Made by a program: the position numbers and the translations under genes. Shown piece after piece: positions 39,024 through 48,280 of a DNA stretch of 64,000 nt. The notes under the pieces are model-generated. The model saw nothing but the letters and a program-made list of their open reading frames with translations, searched no databases and was not told the origin of the DNA. Within the stretch, counting starts at the first letter, position 1, and each line of letters opens with the position of its first letter. The DNA comes from a virus: the IMG/VR virus record IMGVR_UViG_3300020473_002200, positions 96,001 through 160,000 of that record, one strand, 5' to 3'.

Positions 39024-40242
39024 AGAAAAATATGCTAAATTGTTCGCTCGTGAAGTGATATTGGATGAAAGTTATGGGATGGTTGTTTCCCCCAACGAGT
39101 TGCATGCGATGTTCGTCGAGCCCTTTGCAGATATTTTAAAAGCCGTAAAGCTTACCCTTAAAGATGTAGGCGTAGGTGTTCTGTATAATATGCGAATATT
39201 ATTTACATTTAGTACTACAAAAAAAGCCAGATTATTAGAGGCCTATAAACAAAGACGAGAAGAGTTTGAAAAAGAGCATGAGGCATTTAGAAAAAAACTA
39301 GAAATCCCTGGTGAGGCAAAACTACTGGCTTTTATGGCGAACCCCGCCTTATATATGGGCGCTGCAGCAATTGGTAAGGGTGTTGATGTAGCCTCTTTTG
39401 TTAATGACACTTTTAAAGAACAAAGAAAAGCGATGAAAGATGCCGAAGAGCCTGACTCTGGCGGACCTACCGGACCAACCGCTGACGCTCGTGGTCCAAT
39501 AAGGGGGGCTTTGGCTGATTTAAAGAATTTATTTTTTGGTGAATCTTATAAACCAAGCATTTTAAATCAACTTTTGGAAGTTGGTGGAGAAAATCCAGAT
39601 GTCGCTGCTGACGTTGAGGCTGAAATTGAAAAACAGGGTATTGATATAGACTTAGAGAAAATAAAATCTGGATTTAGCGATTTTGTTAAAATGAAAGAAG
39701 AAACTATCAAGGAGATCGAAGACGAAGGAATCCCTGCTAGACTAAAGGCTTTATCTGCGATGATGAGCGCTAAAAATTATGAAGAATTAGAAGCAGCAAT
39801 CACAGCCGCCAATTCTGCAGAAATTGATATGGGTAATTATTTAAAGGATTTTAATGACGAAATGACTCGCGGCAAAGAAGAGATAGCTGCCGCATTTTCA
39901 AAAGACAAAGAAGAGAATGGCTCTGATAAAGGTGCTGAGTCTAAATTAATGCAACAAATGAGAAAGCTACCAAAGATTAAAAAGTTGGGTGATAAAGCAA
40001 CTGAAGAAGACTTTGAGGAAGCAATGGAAGAATATCTTTTTAATACTCTGAAGTCGAACTTACAAGTAGACGGCGGAAAGATTATTTCTGACATTCAAGG
40101 TGATATGCAGGAGATTGTTGAAATATTACTAAAGCCTTGGGCTAGTGTTGATGAAATGTCAGAAATCAAAGATGCCAGTCCAGAAGCTGAAGAAATGGTT
40201 AAGAAGATAGAGGGTATGGTTAGAATAATTCAGGGTAAATAA
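39016..40242 (+). CDS. acidic helical hypothetical virion-like protein
   Basis: GGAG SD; N-terminus ends VILDE; internal LFFGE and LLE sites. Confidence 0.65.
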   Translation: MIKEKYAKLFAREVILDESYGMVVSPNELHAMFVEPFADILKAVKLTLKDVGVGVLYNMRILFTFSTTKKARLLEAYKQRREEFEKEHEAFRKKLEIPGEAKLLAFMANPALYMGAAAIGKGVDVASFVNDTFKEQRKAMKDAEEPDSGGPTGPTADARGPIRGALADLKNLFFGESYKPSILNQLLEVGGENPDVAADVEAEIEKQGIDIDLEKIKSGFSDFVKMKEETIKEIEDEGIPARLKALSAMMSAKNYEELEAAITAANSAEIDMGNYLKDFNDEMTRGKEEIAAAFSKDKEENGSDKGAESKLMQQMRKLPKIKKLGDKATEEDFEEAMEEYLFNTLKSNLQVDGGKIISDIQGDMQEIVEILLKPWASVDEMSEIKDASPEAEEMVKKIEGMVRIIQGK

Positions 40243-40311
40243 ATCGATAACTACAATTACATATTAGGTTTTTAGTTTATAATTGGATTAATCAAATTAT
40301 GGGGCTAAATT

Positions 40312-40650
40312 ATGAAGAATTGGATACCTGAAATATGTTATGAGGAAGATGCAGAGGGAATGAGTTCTCATATCCCCTTTATACAAGTACCTAAAAATCA
40401 AGAAATGCCAAGATTTCTATTTATTTTCGAAAGCCAAGAAACTGGCGAGTTTGAGCCAGGTGAAGATGGTAACCCTTTACCAATTTACAATATGGACTTG
40501 CACCAATACGCAGATATGGCTACATTAAAAAATAATTTAGATCCCGAAACATTTGATAAAGTTAGGCTGGCTCTAGGTTTAGAACCTTTAGCCATTGCAG
40601 CAAAAAAGGGTCAAGAAATATCTCAAAAGGTTAGAGAAAACCTCAATTAA
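40312..40650 (+). CDS. hypothetical protein
   Basis: 112 aa, preceded by an AT-rich gap containing TATAAT. Confidence 0.6.
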   Translation: MKNWIPEICYEEDAEGMSSHIPFIQVPKNQEMPRFLFIFESQETGEFEPGEDGNPLPIYNMDLHQYADMATLKNNLDPETFDKVRLALGLEPLAIAAKKGQEISQKVRENLN

Positions 40651-40688
40651 GTTGTGTAATTTGTTGTGCTTTAGTGTATAATTTATAC

Positions 40689-41369
40689 ATGAATAAAGCA
40701 TATATAACTGAAGAAATGGCTGGTCGTGCATTAAATAAAATGTATGGCTTTAATCAAAAACTTTCTGCGCTTTATAAGTCTGAAGGACTTGACATAAAGT
40801 CAGATATTGGTAGAAGAAATATTTTAATGTCGTCTATCCAGGAAAGAGAATTTTCCAAGGAATTAGCTAAAGTATTTAGCGGTGTCGTAAATGACGGAAG
40901 ATCAGGTCAACCTGATATTGTTATTGGAGAAATTGACACCGAGCTTGAATGCAAATTAACATCACCACACAGTAATAAAACGTGGGCGCTGCAATGCGAT
41001 TACGCGACCCTTCAAAAAAAAGGTTCTTTGGATTTTTTGTATATGCTGGTCGATAGGGATTTTGAAAATGCAGCAGTCCTATATTTCGAAGGCTTAACAA
41101 CGGAAGATTTTCACCCACCCGCTGCGGGCTCTCGCGGAAAATCTAGAATGAGAAAAGCTTTTGCTATGCAAAAGTGCACCCCCTTATACGGCGAAGTTGT
41201 CGATAAAAATCAAGAAATTATAGATAGAGCAAAAAAAGTGGTGGAAGATGAAAAAAAACCACCCTATCAAAAGAAAAAAGCTCTAGAAAGAATTATAAAT
41301 TGGGGTAGGAAAGAAAAGCAATATTCTTTCAAATTGGAGAAAATAGTTGGAAGCGAACAACAACCCTAA
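40689..41369 (+). CDS. PD-(D/E)XK restriction-endonuclease-fold protein
   Basis: QEREF, GQPDIVI, ELECKLT. TATAAT at 40677-82 ends 6 nt before the ATG. Confidence 0.6.
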   Translation: MNKAYITEEMAGRALNKMYGFNQKLSALYKSEGLDIKSDIGRRNILMSSIQEREFSKELAKVFSGVVNDGRSGQPDIVIGEIDTELECKLTSPHSNKTWALQCDYATLQKKGSLDFLYMLVDRDFENAAVLYFEGLTTEDFHPPAAGSRGKSRMRKAFAMQKCTPLYGEVVDKNQEIIDRAKKVVEDEKKPPYQKKKALERIINWGRKEKQYSFKLEKIVGSEQQP

Positions 41370-41715
41370 AGTTGGAGATTACGTCTTCTTGTTTTTTGAT
41401 AAAACGGGCAGTATATTTTCTGCTAGAGTTCTTGAAAAAACAGTCAAGGAGACTATTTCTGATGGTTTAAAGACAGAGTATATTTTAGAAGCCTATAGAC
41501 AAGAGTCTGATGAAGTTGTATCTCATAAATTGAAGTATAGCGAAGAAAAGTGCAAAATGTTTTCAACTCTTGAAGATTTACAAGTAGAGTTGCAAGAACA
41601 CGTCAACGCCGCAGTTAATGCGATGTTAACAGAATGTCGAGAGACGTTTACATTTGCAAAGGCAAACTCAGAGGGGGCAAACATTGAAGAAAATATTACT
41701 TCTCGACGCAAATAA
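41347..41715 (+). CDS. hypothetical protein (KOW/SH3-like start PKVGDYVF)
   Basis: TTG start with GGAG upstream. Confidence 0.5.
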   Translation: MEANNNPKVGDYVFLFFDKTGSIFSARVLEKTVKETISDGLKTEYILEAYRQESDEVVSHKLKYSEEKCKMFSTLEDLQVELQEHVNAAVNAMLTECRETFTFAKANSEGANIEENITSRRK

Positions 41716-42514
41716 TCTAATTTATAGAGCAAGATATTCAGCGAAATATGCACGTGAAGGCGATGCAGCTATTGTTTATTCTTTTTTTAGAAGTTTAAGA
41801 CCTCTAGTGGAAAAGTTTGATCCTGATATATGCTACTTTGTAAGAGATGGTGCACCAAGCGATCGACTGGATATATTACCAGAATATAAACAAAATAGAA
41901 TAAGAGAGCATGACGAAAGTTTTTTTAGTCAAAAGAAAACAATAGAAGAGCTTGTAGATTCATGTTTTCCTATAACAGTATGTCGTGATAAAGAGCTAGA
42001 AGCAGATGATTTAATAGCTTATCTTGTTCTAGAAGTACATAGACAAGATGAATGTGTAATTATCTCTTCAGACACAGATTTCGTACAACTATTACAAGAA
42101 CATGAAAATTGTGAGTTGTATAATCCAATTACTAAAAAAATGAGACTGGCTCCAGAATACGATTATTTAACCTGGAAATCCTTAAGGGGTGATGGATCAG
42201 ATAATATTCCTGGTATCCCTAGGGTCGGCGATAAAACTGCTGCAAAGTTAGCATTAAACTCTGGTGAACTTCATACATTTTTAAATAAGGATAAAAACAA
42301 TAAAGAGATTTATGAAAGAAATAGGAATTTAATAAAATTTAGAAACCCCAAAGATGTATCCAAGATTTTTGTGGGTAATAATAAGGCTGATTTTGATAAG
42401 ATTAAGGCCAAGTTTATTGAACTAAACTTTCATAGCATGGTTAATGAAAAGTCTTGGGTAAAATATAAGAAAACTTTTGAGGGAATTCTAAATGAAAACT
42501 GTATTAAGCAATGA
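41684..42514 (+). CDS. second 5'-3' exonuclease (FEN family)
   Basis: LLDANNLIYR, EADDLIA, SSDTDFVQL, GDGSDNIPGIPRVGDKTA; TTG start after GAGGGG. Confidence 0.88.
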   Translation: MKKILLLDANNLIYRARYSAKYAREGDAAIVYSFFRSLRPLVEKFDPDICYFVRDGAPSDRLDILPEYKQNRIREHDESFFSQKKTIEELVDSCFPITVCRDKELEADDLIAYLVLEVHRQDECVIISSDTDFVQLLQEHENCELYNPITKKMRLAPEYDYLTWKSLRGDGSDNIPGIPRVGDKTAAKLALNSGELHTFLNKDKNNKEIYERNRNLIKFRNPKDVSKIFVGNNKADFDKIKAKFIELNFHSMVNEKSWVKYKKTFEGILNENCIKQ

Positions 42515-42686
42515 GTCACAGGCATTCTTAAGAAAAATTAATATGATTAATGAGCAAGAGATTGCCTATAGGTTTGGTGATTTGTTTATAGCTGAAAATT
42601 CTATAACGGGCGCAAGAAGACAGCTGCAAAGTGTTCCAGATTACGTAGTGGAAAACTCTAAAAAGCCTGGTTTGCTGAAGGGTTAA
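42492..42686 (+). CDS. small hypothetical protein (not GroES-like)
   Basis: 64 aa directly before groEL. Confidence 0.55.
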   Translation: MKTVLSNESQAFLRKINMINEQEIAYRFGDLFIAENSITGARRQLQSVPDYVVENSKKPGLLKG

Positions 42687-42687
42687 A

Positions 42688-44262
42688 ATGCAAAAAAGAA
42701 TTTTAAAATATTCAGAAGAACTACGAGGTTCTTTGCTGGAAGGTGTATCAAAGTTGTCAAGCGCAGTTAAGATCACCATGGGCCCACGGGGTCAAAATGT
42801 CTTAATAGAAATTAATGAAGCACCTCCAATTTTAACAAAGGACGGTGTCACTGTCGCTGAGGCGATTAATCTTGTTGATAGATTCGAGAATTTAGGCGCC
42901 CAAGTTGTGAAAGAAGCTGCTCGTCAAACAGCTGAAATCGCTGGCGATGGCACAACTACATCGACAGTTTTGGCTCAAGCAATTTTTGAGCAAGGAAGCA
43001 AGTATCTAAATACGGGTGGTAATATTAGAGATTTAAGAGAGTCGTTAATACAAGCAAAAGATTTAGCGATCTCTGCTCTAGGAGAAATGGCTATTGATAT
43101 TAGAAATGAAAAAGACCTAAAGAATGTTGCTACAATTTCTGCTAATGGCGAAAAATCGTTAGGAGAAATTATTTCCGATGCAGTTAGTAAGGTTGGATCA
43201 CATGGATATGTGACAGTTGAAAACTCCAAGGGGTACAATACGGAGCTTGTTTTAGTTGATGGATACCAAATAGATAGAGGTTACATTTCACCTTATTTTG
43301 TGACAAATCAATCGAAGCAAACAGTGGAGTTTAAAAATCCTCTTGTATTATTAACAAATCAAACTATAACTAGTTTGAAAAGTATTATGTCAATTTTGGA
43401 AGAGACTGTTCGTGAAAATCGACCTTTAATTATAATGGCTAATGATGTAACAGGTGAGGCTTTACAAGGTTTGATTTTGAATAAGTCAAAGGGCAATTTA
43501 CAATGTTGCGTTTTGAGACCTCCGGAGTTCGGTATCGCTCGTGAGCAGGCGCTTGAAGACTTAGCTGCTGTCTTGGGAGCTGAATTAATTCACGATAATC
43601 CAGATGAGTGGTCTAATATGCCTATCTTTTCAATGCTGGGTAGTTGTAAAACGTTTAAAGCATACAAAGAAAAGAGTGTGTTTGTTGATTGCAATTCTGA
43701 TCATGATGTCATAAACCAAAGAATTGCAGCAATAGAGTCTCGTTCTGGAGAACCAAACGTATCTATAGATGAGCGCAGCGTACTAGACCGCCGTCGAAAG
43801 CGAATGACAAGTGGGGTTGCGATTATCTATGTTGGGGGTTCTACGGAAAGTGAAGTCAACGAGCGTAGAGATCGTGTTGATGATGCCGTAAACGCTACTC
43901 GCGTTGCGTTAGAAGATGGAATTATCCCGGGCGGCGGTGCAGCGTTGTTTAGGGTTTCCGAACAGCTTTGCAGTAAGACTGAACCAGGGTATCAGATTTT
44001 ATCTCATGCATTAAAGATGCCTGTATACCAAATATCAAAAAACGCAGGTGATATACCCGAGGTAATTTTAGAAAAGTTAAAAAGCACTAAGGGGAACTCG
44101 GGATATAACGCTATTAGCGGTAAGATTACAAATGTAATGAAAGAAGGAATAATTGATCCAGTGAAAGTAGCGGTTTCAGCATTAGAAAATGCCACTAGCG
44201 CCGCATTAAATCTATTATCGGTTGGTTGCGCAGCCGTCGTGAAAGAACAGGAGAAGCGTTAA
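42688..44262 (+). CDS. groEL: chaperonin GroEL homolog
   Basis: TMGPRGQNV, TKDGVTVA, AGDGTTT, DRGYISPYF, GIIPGGG, GIIDPVKV; no GGM tail. Confidence 0.93.
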   Translation: MQKRILKYSEELRGSLLEGVSKLSSAVKITMGPRGQNVLIEINEAPPILTKDGVTVAEAINLVDRFENLGAQVVKEAARQTAEIAGDGTTTSTVLAQAIFEQGSKYLNTGGNIRDLRESLIQAKDLAISALGEMAIDIRNEKDLKNVATISANGEKSLGEIISDAVSKVGSHGYVTVENSKGYNTELVLVDGYQIDRGYISPYFVTNQSKQTVEFKNPLVLLTNQTITSLKSIMSILEETVRENRPLIIMANDVTGEALQGLILNKSKGNLQCCVLRPPEFGIAREQALEDLAAVLGAELIHDNPDEWSNMPIFSMLGSCKTFKAYKEKSVFVDCNSDHDVINQRIAAIESRSGEPNVSIDERSVLDRRRKRMTSGVAIIYVGGSTESEVNERRDRVDDAVNATRVALEDGIIPGGGAALFRVSEQLCSKTEPGYQILSHALKMPVYQISKNAGDIPEVILEKLKSTKGNSGYNAISGKITNVMKEGIIDPVKVAVSALENATSAALNLLSVGCAAVVKEQEKR

Positions 44263-44561
44263 TGAGAAATAAAACGACAAGATCAGATAGAAATAATAGA
44301 CAAGACAGAAGATCGCAGCAAAGACCAGATAGAAAAAATGATCCTATCATTATCATCAATATCAACTGGGAAGATCTAGTCCATAAAAATGATGAAGAAA
44401 TTAGATCCCTAAGCGATCGGCTTAATAAAAATCTTAGATTAGCCAGAACAAAGAAAGATGAAAAATCTTCTAAGTTAATTGAGAAAGAAATTTGTTATAT
44501 TCAAAGAGAAATTGATCAAAGAGATAAAAGAAAAAAAGCTCATTTTAATTTTCGAAAGTAA
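44262..44561 (+). CDS. basic hypothetical protein
   Basis: TAATG coupling to groEL. Confidence 0.5.
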   Translation: MRNKTTRSDRNNRQDRRSQQRPDRKNDPIIIININWEDLVHKNDEEIRSLSDRLNKNLRLARTKKDEKSSKLIEKEICYIQREIDQRDKRKKAHFNFRK

Positions 44562-44580
44562 TGCAAATCATTATTTTCTA

Positions 44581-44589
44581 TGGTATAAT
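44581..44589 (+). promoter_or_regulatory. extended -10 promoter of the sigma gene
   Basis: TGGTATAAT, followed by an AAGGAG SD before ATG 44610. Confidence 0.55.
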
Positions 44590-44609
44590 ATAATAAAAAA
44601 GGAGAAAAG

Positions 44610-45377
44610 ATGTCAGAAGCATTACAAACATACTTCACTAGAGTTGGCAAATATCCACTTCTTACCCGAGAACAAGAAATTGATTTAGCTAAAAAGATTG
44701 AGGCTGGTGACGCAAGGGCGAAAAATCAGATGATTCAATCAAATTTAAGACTTGCTATATCAATTGCAAAAAAGTACCATGGCAAGGGTTGCTCTCTAGA
44801 AGATTTGATTCAAGAATCTAATATGGGATTAATCAAAGCTGTTGATCGTTTTGATTGGCGTAAAGGCTTTAAGTTTAGTACATATGCATATTGGTGGATT
44901 AAACAATCTGTTAGGACACATGTAGCAAGTCAGGCTTCTGATATTAAGCTGCCTGCCCACACCAGAAATCTTCTTTGGAAAATGAATGAAATGATCAAGG
45001 AATATGAAGAAGAGTTTGGTCAACGTCCTTCATACGACGAAGTATCGGAAGCTTTGGGTATCCCGACTAGTACGCTAATGTCTATGATCAAGTGCTCGAC
45101 ACAGCTGTCACTTGATGCAAATATTAGGGATAGATCTGGTGGCGCTGGTAGAAAGATTGCAGAAGTTGTTCCAGATAATGAAGCGACGTCTGTTGATGAT
45201 CTATTAGACTCTGTTAAGATAAAGGGTGTAATGAGAAGCGCATTAAAAAGTCTTACAAGCAGAGAGGAAAATATTATACGTTTAAGATTTGGGATTGGTG
45301 AGCCAGCCGAACAGTCAAATGAACAGTTTTCTTTAAGTAAAGCTGAAGTAAAAGAAATTAGGAGGATTGCAAAATGA
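44610..45377 (+). CDS. sigma70-family sigma factor, regions 1.2 to 4.1 (4.2 HTH missing)
   Basis: YPLLTREQE, MIQSNLRLAISIAKKY, DLIQE.N.GLIKAVDRFD, KFSTYAYWWIKQSV, REENIIRLRFGI, then diverges and stops. Confidence 0.9.
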   Translation: MSEALQTYFTRVGKYPLLTREQEIDLAKKIEAGDARAKNQMIQSNLRLAISIAKKYHGKGCSLEDLIQESNMGLIKAVDRFDWRKGFKFSTYAYWWIKQSVRTHVASQASDIKLPAHTRNLLWKMNEMIKEYEEEFGQRPSYDEVSEALGIPTSTLMSMIKCSTQLSLDANIRDRSGGAGRKIAEVVPDNEATSVDDLLDSVKIKGVMRSALKSLTSREENIIRLRFGIGEPAEQSNEQFSLSKAEVKEIRRIAK

Positions 45378-45652
45378 GTATGCCAAAAGGATATAAATCT
45401 GAAAATGGTTATGCAACAGTAGTAAAGTCAGGTGGCATGAGCTATAAGGATATAGCTGAAGAAATGACCCGCCGCGGCTTTAAGATGAAGCATTCTGCTG
45501 CTAGAAATATTTTGTTGGAGGCTATGAAGAAATTAGCTGTTGGGGTTTGCGAACTATACGATATGAGCGACACTGATATTATGAAAGTAGCAAGCGACCC
45601 CCGATTTCAAGAATGTGTTGCTTCATATTTAGAAGAAGAATCTATGATCTAG
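45374..45652 (+). CDS. stand-alone sigma region 4.2-like HTH protein
   Basis: SYKDIAEEM...RNILLEAMKKL aligns with TLEEVG...RQIEAKALRKL; ATGA overlap with the sigma gene. Confidence 0.6.
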   Translation: MSMPKGYKSENGYATVVKSGGMSYKDIAEEMTRRGFKMKHSAARNILLEAMKKLAVGVCELYDMSDTDIMKVASDPRFQECVASYLEEESMI

Positions 45653-45664
45653 TTAGGAGAGTAT

Positions 45665-45988
45665 ATGCTTATATTTGAAAGATTTATCGCAAGAGGGAAT
45701 TTTAATATTCAGGATTTTTTTAGCGCAGCTGGTATTACTAGCGATGAAGAGCTTAGGGCTTATTGTGCTGAAAAGAATATGACAGCCCCAATAAATGAAT
45801 ATTTTGCTAGCCCTAAGGTAGCTGATAATGTGGTTGAAAAGAAGACCGCCAAAAAGCCGACTATAAAAAAGAAGCCTGTTGCAACAAAAGCGCTTGTAGA
45901 GGATAATGAAAAACCAGTCCCAAAGAAGACTACCAGAAAACCTCGTACACCGCGTAAAAGAGCACCAAAGAAAACACAAGATAAGTGA
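45665..45988 (+). CDS. protein with a Lys/Pro/Thr-rich histone-H1-like tail
   Basis: KKTAKKPTIKKKPVATK...KKTTRKPRTPRKRAPKK; AGGAG SD. Confidence 0.6.
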   Translation: MLIFERFIARGNFNIQDFFSAAGITSDEELRAYCAEKNMTAPINEYFASPKVADNVVEKKTAKKPTIKKKPVATKALVEDNEKPVPKKTTRKPRTPRKRAPKKTQDK

Positions 45989-46005
45989 TATTTTTAAAAA
46001 AGATA

Positions 46006-46149
46006 ATGCTGCCAGCAGCAATCCTTAATATGTTTATGTGTGTTGTAAGTTATGAATTTTTAAATAAAGATGTCGCTCTTTTGAATTTTTTGACAGCATG
46101 CGTTTGCTATCTTTCTTGGAGGATAGGAAAAGTGCAAAATGACTTATAG
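46006..46149 (+). CDS. possible 47 aa membrane protein (not in the ORF track)
   Basis: MLPAAILNMFMCVVSYEFLNKDVALLNFLTACVCYLSWRIGKVQNDL fills the gap and overlaps the next start. Confidence 0.35.
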   Translation: MLPAAILNMFMCVVSYEFLNKDVALLNFLTACVCYLSWRIGKVQNDL

Positions 46150-46744
46150 AAAAATTCGTGAATGGCCGAATGAAGAATTAAAAATAAAATCTGCCAATAT
46201 TGACATCTTAAAAGATCGAGAAGCTATAAACGATTTACTTGATACTTTTAAGGTCGTTGGTGGTTATGGGTTGTCTGCTCCTCAAATTGGGTTACATGTT
46301 AGAGCGATTGTAATAAATCCCAGCGCGTTAAAAAAGGATGATTCTTTAAATAACGAAGAGCTAATGCTAAACCCTGTTATTATAGACAGAAAGGGTACAC
46401 AAGTTTTTAGTGAAGCGTGTTTTTCTTTGCCTAATCTAAGTTTAGATATAGAGAGGAGTTCTGAGGTACTAGTTGAGTGGAAGAATATCGATGGTGAATT
46501 AAAAAGACAGTGGTTTAGTGATTATTCGTCTGCCTGCGTACAGCATGAAATCGATCACTTAGACGGCGTTCTTACAATAGATAGAATTTCGCAGCTACGC
46601 CGAAGTATGATTATTAAGAAAATCAAAAAGAAAAACTTAGAAGTAATAAAGGCCAGCAAAAGACCTAGCGATGAAAGATCAAGACAAAAGTCTTTAAGAA
46701 CAAGAAAGAAAAATCGTATAAAAAGGAAAGCAAACAAAAGATGA
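46139..46744 (+). CDS. def: peptide deformylase
   Basis: GLSAPQIG, EACFSL, QHEIDHLDG; long basic C-terminal tail. Confidence 0.9.
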   Translation: MTYRKIREWPNEELKIKSANIDILKDREAINDLLDTFKVVGGYGLSAPQIGLHVRAIVINPSALKKDDSLNNEELMLNPVIIDRKGTQVFSEACFSLPNLSLDIERSSEVLVEWKNIDGELKRQWFSDYSSACVQHEIDHLDGVLTIDRISQLRRSMIIKKIKKKNLEVIKASKRPSDERSRQKSLRTRKKNRIKRKANKR

Positions 46745-47016
46745 GTTTTAACGCGATTAGAACGAAAGTATTAGTACTAGCAGGTAAGTGTCCAGCGATC
46801 CTTAAAAGTAGTTCATATGAAGATGTCGAAGAGTGGATTAACACCATAAATCGATTTAAGAAACCAAATGAAGACTATCAGGCGTCTGTTTACAGGTACT
46901 GGGCGCGCCAGCAGCTTTATGATAATAAAGAGCAATTAGAAGATACTCTTGAAACAATCTCTAGGGTGTGTAATACAAACGATACAATTTTTTCATTGGC
47001 TGCGAAATCAGATTAA
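46741..47016 (+). CDS. hypothetical protein
   Basis: ATGA coupling. Confidence 0.5.
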   Translation: MSFNAIRTKVLVLAGKCPAILKSSSYEDVEEWINTINRFKKPNEDYQASVYRYWARQQLYDNKEQLEDTLETISRVCNTNDTIFSLAAKSD

Positions 47017-47270
47017 TGAGAAAGAATGATCTGGTAAAAAGAGTTAAAAAGAGCGAAAGAACATTTTATAATGAAATGGAATTAGACTCTATTGGAATAA
47101 TCGTCAAAGGCCCATACGAAAAAAATGTGTCTGATATTATTTACGCTATAAAGCCATGGTTAAAGCAAAAGGTGAGATATACTGAGATAAAGATGGTTAT
47201 AGACATATTAAGTGAAAATAGGGTTTATAAGCATTGCGTTATTGAAGAATACGAGAGGGTAAAGAGTTGA
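47016..47270 (+). CDS. hypothetical protein
   Basis: TAATG coupling. Confidence 0.5.
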   Translation: MRKNDLVKRVKKSERTFYNEMELDSIGIIVKGPYEKNVSDIIYAIKPWLKQKVRYTEIKMVIDILSENRVYKHCVIEEYERVKS

Positions 47271-48280
47271 GAAAGACAATTACGTTTGATGATGTTTTAT
47301 TGGTTCCCCAATATTCAGAGATTTTATCTAGAAAACAAATTGATCTTTCTGTTAATTTAGGGGATAATTTATTGGATCTGCAATGTCCTTTTGTGTCTAG
47401 CCCAATGGACACTGTGACAGAGCATACAATGGCTATCTCTATGGCGAAGTATGGCGGTCTTGGTATTGTCCATAGATATAATACGATCAAGGGACAGGCT
47501 GATATCGTAAGAGAAGTCCAGATGAAAACTGATAAAGTTGCTGCAGCTATCGGTGTTTCGGGAGATTTTTTAGAACGTGCCCAAGCAGTTATTTCAGAGG
47601 GCGCAAAAATACTTTGTGTTGATGTGGCACACGGCCATCACGCTTTAATGAAGAATGCTTTAAAAAAATTACGTGATATCTTTAGTGATGATATTCACAT
47701 TATGGCGGGTAATGTAGCAACTCTTGACGGCTTTAATGATTTGGCTGATTGGGGCGCCGATAGTATTCGTGTAGGTATTGGTGGGGGCTCTATTTGCTCC
47801 ACACGAATCCAAACTGGTCATGGAGTCCCAACTCTACAAAGCATACTAGATTGCTCGCAGACGGATCGTAATGCCTTGATAATCGCAGATGGTGGAATGC
47901 GGAGCACAGGTGATATTGCAAAAGCGATAGCTGCCGGAGCTGATTTAGTGATGTGCGGTTCTCTATTTGCGGGTACCGATGAATCACCTGGAGAGGTATT
48001 TTCAGCTTCTGATAATAAGAAATATAAAGTATATAGAGGTATGGCTTCTGTGGAGGCACAAAGGGACTGGAAGGGCAGCCATAATTCAGTCGAGGGTATC
48101 TCTACAACAATACCATATAAGGGCTCTATTAAGGACATAATTGAATTAATGAAAAAGCAATTAGCTAGTGCATGTTCATACTCTGGTGCCGTTAGCTTAA
48201 GCGAATTTAGAAATAAATCTGAGTTGATTGTACAATCAAACTCGGCCCAACAAGAAAGCTCTACTCATATTTTGAGATGA
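47267..48280 (+). CDS. IMP dehydrogenase / GMP reductase family protein (no CBS domain)
   Basis: [52 protein letters not shown]. Confidence 0.88.
   Translation: MRKTITFDDVLLVPQYSEILSRKQIDLSVNLGDNLLDLQCPFVSSPMDTVTEHTMAISMAKYGGLGIVHRYNTIKGQADIVREVQMKTDKVAAAIGVSGDFLERAQAVISEGAKILCVDVAHGHHALMKNALKKLRDIFSDDIHIMAGNVATLDGFNDLADWGADSIRVGIGGGSICSTRIQTGHGVPTLQSILDCSQTDRNALIIADGGMRSTGDIAKAIAAGADLVMCGSLFAGTDESPGEVFSASDNKKYKVYRGMASVEAQRDWKGSHNSVEGISTTIPYKGSIKDIIELMKKQLASACSYSGAVSLSEFRNKSELIVQSNSAQQESSTHILR

Noticed and set aside
42492-42686. GroES call for the ORF before groEL
   Set aside because: Too short, and lacks the PLxDRV and mobile-loop GGI motifs.
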